DNA from: a virus
Reading direction: 5' to 3' (one strand)
Length of the DNA stretch: 64,000 bases
Virus record (IMG/VR): IMGVR_UViG_3300027418_000370
Part shown: positions 19,101 through 27,460 of the stretch, piece after piece
Position numbering within the stretch: the stretch's first letter is position 1
Layout of the letters: each line of letters begins with the position of its first letter
Translations under genes and position numbers: made by a program
The notes under the pieces: model-generated
What the model saw: the letters and a program-made list of their open reading frames with translations, nothing else
Told to the model about the DNA's origin: nothing
Database searches by the model: none

Positions 19101-21761
19101 AATGTAGGAGTTGGAACTATTTCTCCTCAAGCTAGATTCCATGTATCCGGCAGCATACTTGCCGGTGATATTACAGGAGCACAGACTTCAAACAATATCA
19201 CCATTTACCACGGCGGCGGTAACCTTACCGACGGAACAGTTCGTTCTTACTTTGAACTCACTAATCCTTCTGCTCCGTATACAAACACCGGCGATGCCTG
19301 GAACTGGAAACTAGCAACAGTTGCAAGACCGGGTAATAGCGGTAACTATAACAGCCAACTTGAAATTCTCAGATCTACTAGAGATACTGTTACTAACGAC
19401 CCTACAGTAGTATTTAATAGAAACGGTAATGTAGGTATTGGAACTACTGATCCTAAACGGATGTTACACGTAGAAAGCGGATCTATGCTCTTCTCTAGAG
19501 CACTAGGAGATGCAGACTACGATGCTATTAATATCGCTTACAGAGGATCTTGGAGTAGTTATACAAACAAGTTAGCTGGTATTAACGTTACCGATAGCAA
19601 TGCACTAAACCAGACAGTAGGTAGATTCGGTGTAACATACAACGGAAGCGTCGGAGTATTCACTGTTACGGACCTCTATAATGGAGGGTATGCAGCATCA
19701 GGAGACGTATTTAGAGCGGGAGGAAACGGAGTAATCAGCTTCCCTCAATACGGAGCAGGATATTTAAAAACAGATGCTAACGGAGCAATTTCAACAACAA
19801 CCCAGTTTACTGGATCTTTCCTAGGAAACGTAGACGGTAACGTAACCGGAACAGCCGGAAGTGAAACTCTAGCAACAGTAACCGGCAGAGGTAATATCAC
19901 TACCAGTAATATAGGCATCGGAGTAACTACTGCTCCGGTTAATCTCACTATTGGAAAGAATACAGCTGGTTCGACCGGATTCTTAGACTATATCAAAATT
20001 GGTTCGGATCTTCCTAGCTTTGGTGCTCAAGGAGGGTACCCGTCTTTACTAATCGGTACATTCGGTGTATATGATGCTTCAATAGCTACACAAGGTAATG
20101 ATTTAAGAATTCTAGCAGGTCGCGGTGTTAATACTGAAGACCATAACATACGATTCTATACTAGCTTTAACGGTACTGGAGGAGCCGCCGAAGACAATGA
20201 GCGGATGCGCATTACCCATACTGGTAACATAGGTATTGGAGTCACTAGCCCAGCTGCTAAGCTGGATGTAAGAGCAGGATCAGGCTTTATAAGACTTGGT
20301 TCCTACAATGATAATTATCATGTAAAAATCGAAGGAGGAGATCAGCTAAACTTCCGTAATGGAGCTTCCGCTGCTGTAGCGTATATTCAATACGCCGGTC
20401 CTGCAGATACCCTACTGGGACGTAACCTTTATGTAGAAGGAAATTCAAGCGGCGGTACAACAGGTGCTGTAAGAGTACAATCAGATGGTAACGTAGGTAT
20501 TGGTAATACTAGTCCGGGTTATAAATTAGATGTAAATGGAACAGGTAGGATTGTTAGTCAATTTATTCAAGGAGGTGGTACCGCTAGAGCTACAAGCGGA
20601 ACAACAATCGCATTTACACATAATACGGCTTATTCGGCAAATACAGACCTTCTTGATGCAGGTAGGTTCTTGTCAATAGTAAATGAATCAACTGTAACAA
20701 ACGCATATTCTGCTCTATCGTTTAGAGTTAACCCAAACAGCTCTGGCGGAGGAACCAATGCAATGCTTGATATGAAATTCGTGAATGCGAATAATGGTTC
20801 AAGCAACTTAATTTGGAGCTTCACATCAGGTGGTGGTTGGGCTGATAGAATGACTCTAACAAGTAATGGAAACTTAGGCATCGGTTCAACAGCTCCTGAA
20901 GGTAAACTCAACGTAGTTGGTGGAGCCGATGTTCTAATAGTAGAAGGATCAGGCTCTACAGCCAACACTACTATCATGGCCGTTGATGGAAATAACGGTA
21001 GATTATTTGAGGTAAGCGATGATCTAAGTGATTCCTTATTCAGTGTAAATACTATAGCCGGTCTACCGGTTATGGAAGCGTTTGCTGATAATACAGTAGT
21101 ATTAGGAGCTTATAATCAATGTGATTTAGTAATCTCAGGAAGTAAAGTAGGTATCGGTACTTGCAGTCCAGCAACTAAGCTTCATGTTCAAGGAGGTGCT
21201 GCAATGACCGGCGGATGGAATAAAAATATTACTCTAGCAGCTACATACCCTGTAGCTATATTTAACAGTAATAATAGCAAATACGCAGGTATAGGCTACG
21301 ATTACTCAGTAGACGGTATCCGCATCTGGACAAACGCTACAAGTAACGACGTTAACGGCACAGGATCTGAAAGATTATCAATAATAGCCGGTAATGTAGG
21401 TATCGGCTCAGGCACACCAGCCTACAAACTAGACGTAACCGGAACCATCCGTGCAACCGGTGATGTAATCGCCTATTCAGATGCTAGAGTAAAAGAAAAC
21501 GTAGTAACGCTAGAAAATTCTCTAGAAAAAGTACAGAATCTACGAGGAGTTTCGTATAATAAGATAGGAGAGTCTGAGAAGAAGATCGGTGTTATAGCAC
21601 AGGAAGTACTAGAAGTACTACCAGAAGTAGTATCTCAGGACTCTGAAGGAACTTATTCAGTTGCTTACGGTAACATTACAGCTATATTGATTGAAGCAAT
21701 CAAAGAACAGCAAAAGCAGATCGATGAATTGAAAGAAGAAATTAAAAAACTCAAAGGTTAA
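10119..21761 (+). CDS. Giant (3880 aa) fibre protein with internal fibrinogen-like domain and C-terminal S74 chaperone
   Basis: Many GNVGIG repeats; GLYYINP...VYVDFTT...GWMLVA segment; C-terminal SDARVKENV...EAIKEQQKQI. Confidence 0.88.
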   Translation: MADIRIIPSIGAINVTGSAEFRGTAGTSLLYLSGSGLIGVGTTDPQSELHVVSSGTRFVTLDRSGTRSYDLGVNSSGTFLLTDNTEAADRIAISLSGSVGIGTTQPVEQLNVVGDVRFGNSSDYVRFSTENSNAKIELVDNNQSNPPTIYGNGPYMEFHNGGAQRIRLNSNGTVQFNAYGSGTNTGSAAYSLTVDSSGNIIESTLATVNGSGTANYIPKWSDSDTLTNSVIYETGGVIGIGITTPATRLALGSTQGSGIDFLYDTTNNYKNQIKNYWNSSTDTRMDFNIGRNSGVTPVTVMSVGYGGNVGIGSTAPEGKLNVVGSADVLIVEGSGSTANTTIMAVDGNNGRLFEVSDDLSDSLFSVNTIAGLPVMEAFADNRVVLGAYNQYDLYITGSRVGIGTSAPEAPLHILGNFDANNPKQLVIASREDAGSVYSGIQFERAGGGTFFGLGNDSRTDRDEIFVGGGFGSVTNATAFRVFTGAYGSTVGTERLSILSNGYVGIGTTSPGFKLDVRTGNQGDIASFRGTGYPITFATTGSAGNYYGTQMMMAADSGSTQAAFRLNTRYNSAVGSGVAFTIESSTNDQSYGQNPSALTYSEKFRITQDGNVGIGTASPGYKLQVNGNAKFDSDVYFYNTVLDPASNFATQRGAGFKASTGKFEVASSETALELSRFSTTGPVLSIRHSGSQVSHLDTDGGATFTGDVSIGGDLTVDGIITAKEFHTTFVSASIIYQSGSTQFGDSFDDTHTFRGGVEIIESNTVPTLTLTRDVSGTTYTYGQFTNAGSDFYVNSLAAIFINADSNSDSTSTDRIIKFGNRGSELMQLDASGNLGIGTTSPADLLHIDEGDIRINDGNNGTVRGLYIRHAGITGNVTSLVQDTSGSPRAHLKSSERSLWISAQSDGGGVSTETLRLYNNQNLGLAVDYSGSVGIGTTNPSTILHVYRGGTGTVYDLTLQSGDDSTGARHGILFRGGAANYEALIRTGNYGSYRSNLEFWVSNQTSGGSTLVQALSILSAGDVRLNEYGSGTVTGTAAYNLSVDSTGKIIETANPSLTGTGTANYVTKWSGTNSLTNSVIYDTGTNVGIGNTSPYTKFEVRGTIHSEVGASTIPQILLGSPGLNYGQIQNDGTGIWSLGYGATNAALGTPVLAWNSSGNVGIGITTPGAKLHVVGDISGSSEIRAQRGFFNPQYDDIYGLRVEPPNSGDKAVIYVNRGYGSHKGSGIYIVGANYTNNNNQAFVELNAGSYSGIDTRYIHAYDSAGTDFVVYGDGTVVAGKYQLTDNAAKHPSSSFQSPQEIIAAGLDEGNGLYYINPGGKLAAPIQVYVDFTTPDAQGETGWMLVASFTTDYTWGLDSTSTAAVLGSTAVNAFSANFGNYVVNDFRVHAAPSVDSGGTNSSGDWYYHRKEGVEWKKWWSEANSGLYPRSTAINPSVRDGLIGFDYSHNIKFNYTNTAHKSNGLSDAPGSVAYWDVLTTAGNTMSIQSLASDGTLGWSHNLTNTGQDIVSQHSIVGYDDGNIVARYGDAFDTADVGNGSGGTSETTKLWLWVKGKTVRGGWTDGDGYVYTEDTGSNVGIGTRAPADKLHVQATSGNGLTIITNDVSTIKMKSSTGGTKSWGFATTNLAASDFGIYQSDSNGGDPISAGTAKLYFKSDGNVGIGTTSPDATIHVYSTADTSGMVGNFRRGINGLNEYTYIKVGNSAPAYFGNMLLSDDVAYISRAADPTGGNGLFVQGSGNVGIGTKSPSQRLHVYGGYIKASDDGTTTAFMQGGGSNGYAYFGALGNGPAAFGNSENWTTLVADGGNVGIGSTAPNKKFVVTGAANDEWIATFTNSGTTPYGVYVDTSANSGTAYSFAVYTNAGNGLFVRNNGNVGVGTSSPASGIKLDVSGSVSVAGDEGLRLGYVGDHGAYDNVKITYSGYNGGSPEVIFTPRTTPGSGELTTFFRFKNSNGTASNNNLASVSVDNDLEVGGDLTVDGIITAKEFHTTFVSASIIYQSGSTKFGNSSDDIHYFTGNIGVNVSDPQAPLEVKGASNTPADGNEVISVTNTTGNTKLLLGVAENSYGWIQAAEGSSDRNILLNPNGGHTIVGATSKLSAYGADFTTLSVQTQTGDNAAIIELGGNRTANPGNQNGMIQFFNKTGTATEVNRISSIQGSDVTSGSISFHTNYGGTFSEKVRISDNGDVGIGTDSPKTKLAVADDAPNSTLTAGNAVLDVYGTAATARTDNSSLDILRLHRNNDATPSKASTFAIGLSFHEDPGNNYPRTRADFKTTGRTTDDSDVALTVMSVVDTGRIGVGTTDPTNRITAYQGGGVRVSGIASGGYIEMSGDLPGYSANQYPVIKSGGTIHFANNNKYSAYIEGANTYFGLLDSTTTTKVLLRTSGNSYLNGGNVGIGIAAPGYKLEVAGDARVQSNTFLATDANSYVNIGASYVSTTTASDTKLILQGKNVTDAGTNYYGDFGQILLWSNSNYSASSRRFLITNAHKINQFAIIRSDDATTTPTIGQGGLVSNGTADFIIDYYSGAVGIGQTNPAYKLHVEGDTGIGANYAFKARYTTSDNYHGSFRWAGLQLGNNGTNRIVAGRTGVGGSLDFWVNNTNDASDYSVTPDGTRVLTLYSTGTAGFTGGVSAASFTGSLQGNITGTAASETLATVVARGNSTSTNIRVQRPSNKVDNNGNPTEFGSRVEFNNAFATNESGYMIFRFPTYNNFLISGDYDGNIGGAIPNIQFGRQSTVYMHINSSDGNVGIGTTAPDSTLHVHSSSPIITVSNSDTSIIDGQVIGQVDFKSFDGSTNMTNVFGSIRTEAQGTLDNGVDDGGKMVFSTFKQSTTLVDQMVIDREGNVGIGNTTPTSTLEVGGQVLISATAPLLDFVDTNSFTDTNDRFRVRAGGNEGLIQWYDNSASSLLSIMTFQPNGDVIVPNGNVGIGVTDPERKLEVKSDTTYDGILIDTLSAPEIVLRDRGNSDTLIGTGRHGLDDFHIDTYAGNAFFIKGSSRNVGVGTISPQARFHVSGSILAGDITGAQTSNNITIYHGGGNLTDGTVRSYFELTNPSAPYTNTGDAWNWKLATVARPGNSGNYNSQLEILRSTRDTVTNDPTVVFNRNGNVGIGTTDPKRMLHVESGSMLFSRALGDADYDAINIAYRGSWSSYTNKLAGINVTDSNALNQTVGRFGVTYNGSVGVFTVTDLYNGGYAASGDVFRAGGNGVISFPQYGAGYLKTDANGAISTTTQFTGSFLGNVDGNVTGTAGSETLATVTGRGNITTSNIGIGVTTAPVNLTIGKNTAGSTGFLDYIKIGSDLPSFGAQGGYPSLLIGTFGVYDASIATQGNDLRILAGRGVNTEDHNIRFYTSFNGTGGAAEDNERMRITHTGNIGIGVTSPAAKLDVRAGSGFIRLGSYNDNYHVKIEGGDQLNFRNGASAAVAYIQYAGPADTLLGRNLYVEGNSSGGTTGAVRVQSDGNVGIGNTSPGYKLDVNGTGRIVSQFIQGGGTARATSGTTIAFTHNTAYSANTDLLDAGRFLSIVNESTVTNAYSALSFRVNPNSSGGGTNAMLDMKFVNANNGSSNLIWSFTSGGGWADRMTLTSNGNLGIGSTAPEGKLNVVGGADVLIVEGSGSTANTTIMAVDGNNGRLFEVSDDLSDSLFSVNTIAGLPVMEAFADNTVVLGAYNQCDLVISGSKVGIGTCSPATKLHVQGGAAMTGGWNKNITLAATYPVAIFNSNNSKYAGIGYDYSVDGIRIWTNATSNDVNGTGSERLSIIAGNVGIGSGTPAYKLDVTGTIRATGDVIAYSDARVKENVVTLENSLEKVQNLRGVSYNKIGESEKKIGVIAQEVLEVLPEVVSQDSEGTYSVAYGNITAILIEAIKEQQKQIDELKEEIKKLKG
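11045..11290 (+). repeat. Duplicated ~80-aa fibre module (second copy ~20875-21125)
   Basis: APEGKLNVVG.ADVLIVEGSGSTANTTIMAVDGNNGRLFEVSDDLSDSLFSVNTIAGLPVMEAFADN occurs twice. Confidence 0.9.
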
Positions 21762-22420
21762 TGTCACTCCACCACAATCCTAGAATAGTAACAAGCGGAT
21801 TACAGCTAGCCTTAGATGCTGCTGATACTAATTCATACCCAGGTACAGGTACTACGTGGTATGACTTAACTGAGAATGGATATCAAGCTACGATGTCTAA
21901 TATGACAGCAGGTAACTGGGTGACTTATAACGGAGTTAAAGCTTTTGAAACTACCGATACAGGTAACCAGGGATTTAGAATAACAAGCTTTCCTTTCCCT
22001 CAGAATGGAAGAACATATGAGATATGGCTTAACTCTAAAAGCTTTGCTATAGGATGGCAGACATGGTTTGACGACGGAGGAGGAGAAAGAGTGTTATTTG
22101 GAACATATGCCAATGATATATTTGTATACCCGTCAGCTAACTTTACAGGAGGATTGGTCGCCGGAGAATGGTATCAGCTATCATATACAATGACAGGAGG
22201 TAACGGCTCTCTTATTACAGGATATAAAAACGGATCTTCTGTCGGTACAGGAACATACGGCGATACAATAGCAACATCCGGTACTTTATACCTTTTAGGA
22301 GACGCCGGTAGTGAGATTACCTCATGCTACTGTGCTATTGCTAGGGTATACAACAGAGTACTATCCGCAGATGAAATTGCTCAAAACTACGAAGCTACTA
22401 AAACACGATTTGGATTATGA
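21761..22420 (+). CDS. LamG/concanavalin A-like lectin-domain virion protein
   Basis: IVTSGLQLALDAA..SYPGTGTTWYDL start; RVYNRVLSADEIAQNYEA.K.RFGL end. Confidence 0.8.
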   Translation: MSLHHNPRIVTSGLQLALDAADTNSYPGTGTTWYDLTENGYQATMSNMTAGNWVTYNGVKAFETTDTGNQGFRITSFPFPQNGRTYEIWLNSKSFAIGWQTWFDDGGGERVLFGTYANDIFVYPSANFTGGLVAGEWYQLSYTMTGGNGSLITGYKNGSSVGTGTYGDTIATSGTLYLLGDAGSEITSCYCAIARVYNRVLSADEIAQNYEATKTRFGL

Positions 22421-22554
22421 GAACAGTAGTACATGAAACAGATAAGGATGGAAATGAATGCTGGACTATCTATTTAGATAATCATCAGTTAAGTATCTAC
22501 TATACTGAAGAAGAAGCACAGGCTAACATTAATAATGTTCAGTTAAAAGACTAG
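22417..22554 (+). CDS. Small hypothetical protein (45 aa, MRTVVHETDKDG...)
   Basis: ATGA overlap with the upstream stop; fills the gap exactly; below the ORF-track cutoff. Confidence 0.55.
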   Translation: MRTVVHETDKDGNECWTIYLDNHQLSIYYTEEEAQANINNVQLKD

Positions 22555-22558
22555 TATC

Positions 22559-23764
22559 ATGCCAACAGCAGTAGGACCAAATACAAAAGGAGAAGAGAAT
22601 CTAGTCTTTGGCTATGATTTAGGAGATGCTAGGAATTCTTATAAAGGAGAGCCTACTACTAACTACATCACAACGATGGCAGCAAATTTAGGAGGTAATG
22701 TAAGTTTATCGTACCCCTTAAATGTCTATATCTGTACTGCACAAGAAACCAATGTAGCAGACCCAACTGCTCCTGGAGGACAGTACTCTAGATTTACAGG
22801 AAACACAGACAGCGACAATAACCAGCTCTTTACATCGTTTGTAGATGGTAGTGTAAACGCCCGCAACACAACTGTAGCATATAGCGTGTACCTTAAAGGA
22901 ACTGGCACATGTCACCTTACAGTCTATTCTGATATAGCTGGGTATAGCACCACACCTACAATCACTCTTACCAGTAAATGGACTAGATACTCTATCGTTC
23001 AAGCAGTAGGTAATTACACAACACATGCTTGGGTAGCTGTTAGAGGTATACTGACTAGCACAAATGTCTACGTGGCTGCCCAGCAAATAGAGTTTAACTC
23101 ACATATTACTCCTTTTGTAAACGGAACCCGATCAGCCACCCAAGGCTTAATAGATCTCACAGGCAATTCAACAATCGATCTAACAAACGTATCATTTGAC
23201 AGTAATGCACAAATGACTTTTGATGGTTCAAATGATATTATTAATTTAGGAAGTAGTTTAAATAGTTACAATACGCCTACTATTGAAGCAGTATTTAAAT
23301 CAAACTCTGCAAGCGGGACTGACTTTAAGGTAATTATAGGATGGGGAGCTTTCTCTTCAGGGAACTACTCAGGAATACATTTAGGAGCCGGCACTAGTGC
23401 ATATCCTGATGAATCCTTAACAGTTTGGATAAACGGGCAGACTCTACAAATGGCTGTAAGAAAAGGACATGGATATTATCACGATAATAAATACCATCAC
23501 GTGGTAGTTACACTTGCTCCCGGAGCTAACAAGATTTATATCGACGGGGTAGAAGAAACTGTTGATTTTGATTATGGATCGGTTAATACAAATAGTGGAG
23601 GATTTAGTCAAACAAACAACGTTACTTACATAGGAAGACGTTCATATAGTAGTGGTTACTTTTTCAATGGTCCAATACCTTTACTAAAAGTATATAACCG
23701 AGCACTCACAGCCTCAGAAGTCAAATCAAACTATAACGCCATCAAAGGCAGATTTAATATTTAG
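22559..23764 (+). CDS. LamG protein with inserted carbohydrate-binding-like module
   Basis: SYKGEPTTN...TPFVNGTRSATQG flank a beta-sandwich-like insert; C-terminal KVYNRALTASEV. Confidence 0.75.
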   Translation: MPTAVGPNTKGEENLVFGYDLGDARNSYKGEPTTNYITTMAANLGGNVSLSYPLNVYICTAQETNVADPTAPGGQYSRFTGNTDSDNNQLFTSFVDGSVNARNTTVAYSVYLKGTGTCHLTVYSDIAGYSTTPTITLTSKWTRYSIVQAVGNYTTHAWVAVRGILTSTNVYVAAQQIEFNSHITPFVNGTRSATQGLIDLTGNSTIDLTNVSFDSNAQMTFDGSNDIINLGSSLNSYNTPTIEAVFKSNSASGTDFKVIIGWGAFSSGNYSGIHLGAGTSAYPDESLTVWINGQTLQMAVRKGHGYYHDNKYHHVVVTLAPGANKIYIDGVEETVDFDYGSVNTNSGGFSQTNNVTYIGRRSYSSGYFFNGPIPLLKVYNRALTASEVKSNYNAIKGRFNI

Positions 23765-23770
23765 TAAGTT

Positions 23771-24841
23771 ATGGCAGTAAGACACGGATACGGAAAGATA
23801 GCAGGTACTGATGCATTAGTATTTGCATACGATACTGGAGATACTAGAAATAGTTATAGGGGAGAGCCTACAACTAACCTGTATGGAAACTGGAATGCTT
23901 ATACCGGAGGAAGTTACGAAGTACTAGACAACAATACGAACTACATAAAGTTACTAGCTTCAGCCGGAACTCCATGGGCAGGTCAGTTTACAGCTGCAGT
24001 ATCTGCAGGAACTTACACAGTATCTTTCCAGCATAGAACTGATGATGGCGGAAGTAATAACTTTAATATTGACAATGACTCCCAGGATGATAACATCTGG
24101 AACGCCAATATAACCACAACAACTGAATGGCAAACCTACACCAGTACCAAAACCCATACTGGAAGTGGTAACCACCTATTATACTTCAGACGTAACGGTG
24201 GAGCTGGAAATATCTATATTAGAAATGTACAGATTGAATTAAAATCTCACGCTACGCCATTCATTAAGGGTACTCGCTCGGCAACACAAGGTTTATTGGA
24301 CCTGACAGGCAATTATCCTATTGATTTAGCAAACGTATCATTTGACAGTAATGCACAAATATACTTTGACGGCTCAAACGACTATATTGATATACTAAAT
24401 AGTACAACCCTACTCTCAGGTACTCAAGATCTAACAGTAGAAGCTGCTTATAATATGCAAGGACAAGGCGGAGGAGAGATCCTTGGAAATTATGGATCGG
24501 GCTATACTACAGACCATTTATGGTTTTCCGGTATGTACGGTATTTGGCTAAATGGCGGAGTTTATGCTCCAGGCTATCCGCTTGCCAACGGGAGATACCA
24601 TATGGTAGGTACTAGAGAGAGCGGAGTAATGAAACTGTACCTTAATGGAGTACTTGTAAACTCCGGAACTAGAGCAGCTTCTATTGCAACAGATATTGAT
24701 TATAGAATAGGAGCTGATGTTAATGGAGCAGCTGAAGATTTTACCGGAGAGATATACGTAGTAAAAGCTTATAGTAGAGCACTCTCAGCCGCTGAAGTAC
24801 TTAATAACTACAACTTCTATAAATCCCGCTTTAACCTCTAA
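23771..24841 (+). CDS. LamG protein, paralogue of the previous gene
   Basis: Same conserved flanks (SYRGEPTTN, TPFIKGTRSATQGLLDLTGN, NVSFDSNAQ); YSRALSAAEV. Confidence 0.75.
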   Translation: MAVRHGYGKIAGTDALVFAYDTGDTRNSYRGEPTTNLYGNWNAYTGGSYEVLDNNTNYIKLLASAGTPWAGQFTAAVSAGTYTVSFQHRTDDGGSNNFNIDNDSQDDNIWNANITTTTEWQTYTSTKTHTGSGNHLLYFRRNGGAGNIYIRNVQIELKSHATPFIKGTRSATQGLLDLTGNYPIDLANVSFDSNAQIYFDGSNDYIDILNSTTLLSGTQDLTVEAAYNMQGQGGGEILGNYGSGYTTDHLWFSGMYGIWLNGGVYAPGYPLANGRYHMVGTRESGVMKLYLNGVLVNSGTRAASIATDIDYRIGADVNGAAEDFTGEIYVVKAYSRALSAAEVLNNYNFYKSRFNL

Positions 24842-24861
24842 TCTATTTATATAAAAAAGCT

Positions 24862-25200
24862 ATGAGCAGATTTCCTAACAGACGCTGGTTAGTCATACCA
24901 GCTACCGAAGTAGAGAACGTAGACTTTAATCAGGTTCTAGAATCTTCAGCAGATACTTTAAGATATTCTGTAGACGGAAGTGAAACTTTCGTTAAATACG
25001 AAGTATCAGTATTAGAAGAGCCTTATTCATATACCTATACTGACCTTGAAACCGAAGAAGAAGTAACTACTACAGTAGAAGCCGGAGTGTACGGAAGACC
25101 TTCTATCTACTCAGAATCATTTACCGAGTATGATCATGAGGGTATCTTAGCATTGCTAGCAACCGAGGCTTGGACAGCACCAATTCAAGATCTAGTATAA
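24862..25200 (+). CDS. Acidic hypothetical protein, possible fibre-assembly factor
   Basis: ORF behind a TATTTATA motif within the fibre cluster. Confidence 0.5.
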   Translation: MSRFPNRRWLVIPATEVENVDFNQVLESSADTLRYSVDGSETFVKYEVSVLEEPYSYTYTDLETEEEVTTTVEAGVYGRPSIYSESFTEYDHEGILALLATEAWTAPIQDLV

Positions 25201-25204
25201 GATT

Positions 25205-26296
25205 ATGGCAGTACCGGGAACAGGAGAGATATCATTAGGTAAGATCAGACAGGAGTTACAGGCAGCTAATTATACTAGCGGCCCGTATACTGCTGCAGCT
25301 ACTGGATTAGATCCGGCCGAGAATGGTACGTACGCTACTATCAATACATGTTCTCCTTATTATCCGCTATCAGCCAATCCGGCTAAGATGTCTGAATGGT
25401 ACGGATACGATCATGATGCTCCGTGTCCGGCTTCTCTCTATGCACTAGATGATGGAGGAGATCCATCACAGCAGAATATGCTGTACGATGGAGGCGATTA
25501 TTATGATGCTAACGTAAGTACAGCAGCCCCTAATGCTCTAGGTACATGGAGTATTAACGTATGGGTGAAAGTATATTCTTCATCTGCTACTCAAGGGTAC
25601 TGGTTTGGATTAAGAGATACATTAAGCGGAGGCGATCAGTTAGTAATCTATCATACTGGAGATGTTGACTCTACTGGTAAACCAATGATCTTCTGTGCAA
25701 TACAAGACGGAGCTGGAAATCAGGCAGCAATTGACGTAGTACTTAACGATACCGCTAATACAAGCATTACAGGTATAGGTCCAAGTAAAGCATGGACAAA
25801 TACTACGTCTGGAAACCAAGGATATACTAATAGTAACGGCTATACTATGATTACTGTTGTATATGACTACAATGCATTTAATACCGATGACTTTATACAG
25901 ATGTATTGGAATGGAGATAGATTAAATGCACCCTTTACAACCTCCCCAGGTACACACACATCTCAGTGTTACGGTGACGTGTATACAGACAATAGATGGG
26001 GAAATACAGAATGTATGGTAGGCGGATTTGTACCATCAGAACTATCCTCGGGTTTATACATAGATGAACTATCTCTCTTTTACAGCAAAGCCCTATCTAG
26101 TACAGAGGTGTCTCAATTATGGAACACCGGCACAGTACTTACATACGGTGAAGTAACCGGATCAGGAGGAGCTAATACATCTAACCTGCTTCATTATGCT
26201 TTTGAAGAGGACGGAAATAAGGGTAAAGACTCAGGACCAAATAGTTATAACTTACAGGAATATAATACTCCAGCCCTAACAAGCGATCACGCCTAA
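25205..26296 (+). CDS. Adhesin-like virion protein (GEISLGKI...SEWYGY N-terminal module plus LamG)
   Basis: N-terminal module typical of fibre-tip proteins; IDELSLFYSKALSSTEVSQLWN LamG signature. Confidence 0.65.
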   Translation: MAVPGTGEISLGKIRQELQAANYTSGPYTAAATGLDPAENGTYATINTCSPYYPLSANPAKMSEWYGYDHDAPCPASLYALDDGGDPSQQNMLYDGGDYYDANVSTAAPNALGTWSINVWVKVYSSSATQGYWFGLRDTLSGGDQLVIYHTGDVDSTGKPMIFCAIQDGAGNQAAIDVVLNDTANTSITGIGPSKAWTNTTSGNQGYTNSNGYTMITVVYDYNAFNTDDFIQMYWNGDRLNAPFTTSPGTHTSQCYGDVYTDNRWGNTECMVGGFVPSELSSGLYIDELSLFYSKALSSTEVSQLWNTGTVLTYGEVTGSGGANTSNLLHYAFEEDGNKGKDSGPNSYNLQEYNTPALTSDHA

Positions 26297-26312
26297 TTAT
26301 AATAAAAGGACT

Positions 26313-26477
26313 ATGGAAGATAAGGGTTTAGGAGATACTATTGCTAGAGTCACTCATGCTACCGGCATAGATCGATTAGCACAAAAGATAGCAGAAGCAA
26401 GAGGAAAGTCTGACTGCGGATGCAAGAAAAGACAAGAATATATCAACCAATTGATTCCATATAAAAAGAAAGACTAA
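26313..26477 (+). CDS. Small protein (54 aa) with GLGD...CGC..RQE motif
   Basis: Manual translation MEDKGLGDTIARVTHATG...DCGCKKRQEYINQLIPY; TAATG coupling to the next gene. Confidence 0.65.
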   Translation: MEDKGLGDTIARVTHATGIDRLAQKIAEARGKSDCGCKKRQEYINQLIPYKKKD

Positions 26478-26695
26478 TGGCAACAAAATACAGAGTTTAC
26501 AAACAGCTCATCCCTGTACCTTTAAACACAGACGATCCTACATGGGCAAAACGCCAGATCTGGGTACAGAAACTTAACTCAGAAGATACTATTGATGAGT
26601 TTGATACCTTAGCAGAAGCTGAAGCTAAAAGAGATGAATTAACAGCTGCTGACGAGACTGGAAGAATCTACAAAGTAGAAGAGATTACAGAATAA
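26477..26695 (+). CDS. Hypothetical protein
   Basis: Translationally coupled ORF. Confidence 0.55.
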   Translation: MATKYRVYKQLIPVPLNTDDPTWAKRQIWVQKLNSEDTIDEFDTLAEAEAKRDELTAADETGRIYKVEEITE

Positions 26696-26715
26696 CATAT
26701 TTATACTAAAACACC

Positions 26716-27069
26716 ATGGCATTAGAGCAAGCTTACACTAGATTTGGCCACGAATTCGCCAACGCTTATCACAAAATTAACTCTCTTAGTTATAATATTA
26801 ACGAGAGGATGGAAACTACTTACAGCGAAGAAGTAGCAGAAGACGGTACTATTACTAGAACCCCTACTACAGCTATCAAACAAGATGTAAGAGCCAACGT
26901 AAACGTTACTATCTATCCTTCTGCTGCTGAAAGAGAGAAACTAGGAGAAGTTCTAGGAGGAACTAGCTACAACTTTGAAATCGACTTAGATTCTGAGTTA
27001 AACTGGATCGAGCAAGCCTACGAACATTTAAAAACTTTAGATAATTACGCTACAGCGTTGGATATTTAA
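26716..27069 (+). CDS. Hypothetical virion/fibre-associated protein
   Basis: ORF behind a TATTTATA motif; ends QAYEHLKTL. Confidence 0.55.
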   Translation: MALEQAYTRFGHEFANAYHKINSLSYNINERMETTYSEEVAEDGTITRTPTTAIKQDVRANVNVTIYPSAAEREKLGEVLGGTSYNFEIDLDSELNWIEQAYEHLKTLDNYATALDI

Positions 27070-27123
27070 GGAAAAATACATATATTTATATATAACTAAC
27101 CGGTTAAATTAAAATAACGTTAC

Positions 27124-27411
27124 ATGGAAAACCAAAAGTTGACTCAAGAAGAGTTACAGCAGATCGCTGACCTTCAAAACAAAAATCGTGCTGTCGTAAG
27201 CGAGTTCGGCGAAATCGAGCTTATCAAGCTTAGTATCGAAGCACGTGTTGAAAATGCTAAGAAATTCTTAGCTGAACTTCGCGAAGCCGAGCAGACGTTC
27301 GGTAAAGAGCTTTCTGAAAAGTACGGTGATGGAACTGTAGACTTACAATCTGGTGAGTTTGTTCCTGCTCCTGCTCAAGAGGAAGCTACTGAAGAGCCAG
27401 CTGCAGAATAA
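27124..27411 (+). CDS. Small acidic coiled-coil protein, possible fibre-trimerisation chaperone
   Basis: Heptad pattern, KYGDGTVDLQSGE end; has its own promoters and terminator. Confidence 0.5.
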   Translation: MENQKLTQEELQQIADLQNKNRAVVSEFGEIELIKLSIEARVENAKKFLAELREAEQTFGKELSEKYGDGTVDLQSGEFVPAPAQEEATEEPAAE

Positions 27412-27437
27412 GCGCACAACGCACTCCAGGGAAGATT

Positions 27438-27460
27438 AAGAGGGTTTCGGCCCTCTTTTT
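27438..27460 (+). terminator. Rho-independent terminator
   Basis: AAGAGGGT-TTCG-GCCCTCTT stem-loop followed by T run. Confidence 0.85.

Noticed and set aside
3699-20977. Many minus-strand ORFs (60-150 aa) within the fibre genes
   Set aside because: They are antisense shadows of the repetitive GNVGIG coding strand (PIPTLP motifs), with no promoters or independent coding signal.
1-21761. Recurrent GGTAACGTAGGTATTGG as a possible CRISPR array
   Set aside because: The copies are degenerate at third codon positions, irregularly spaced and in frame within proteins; no cas genes are present.
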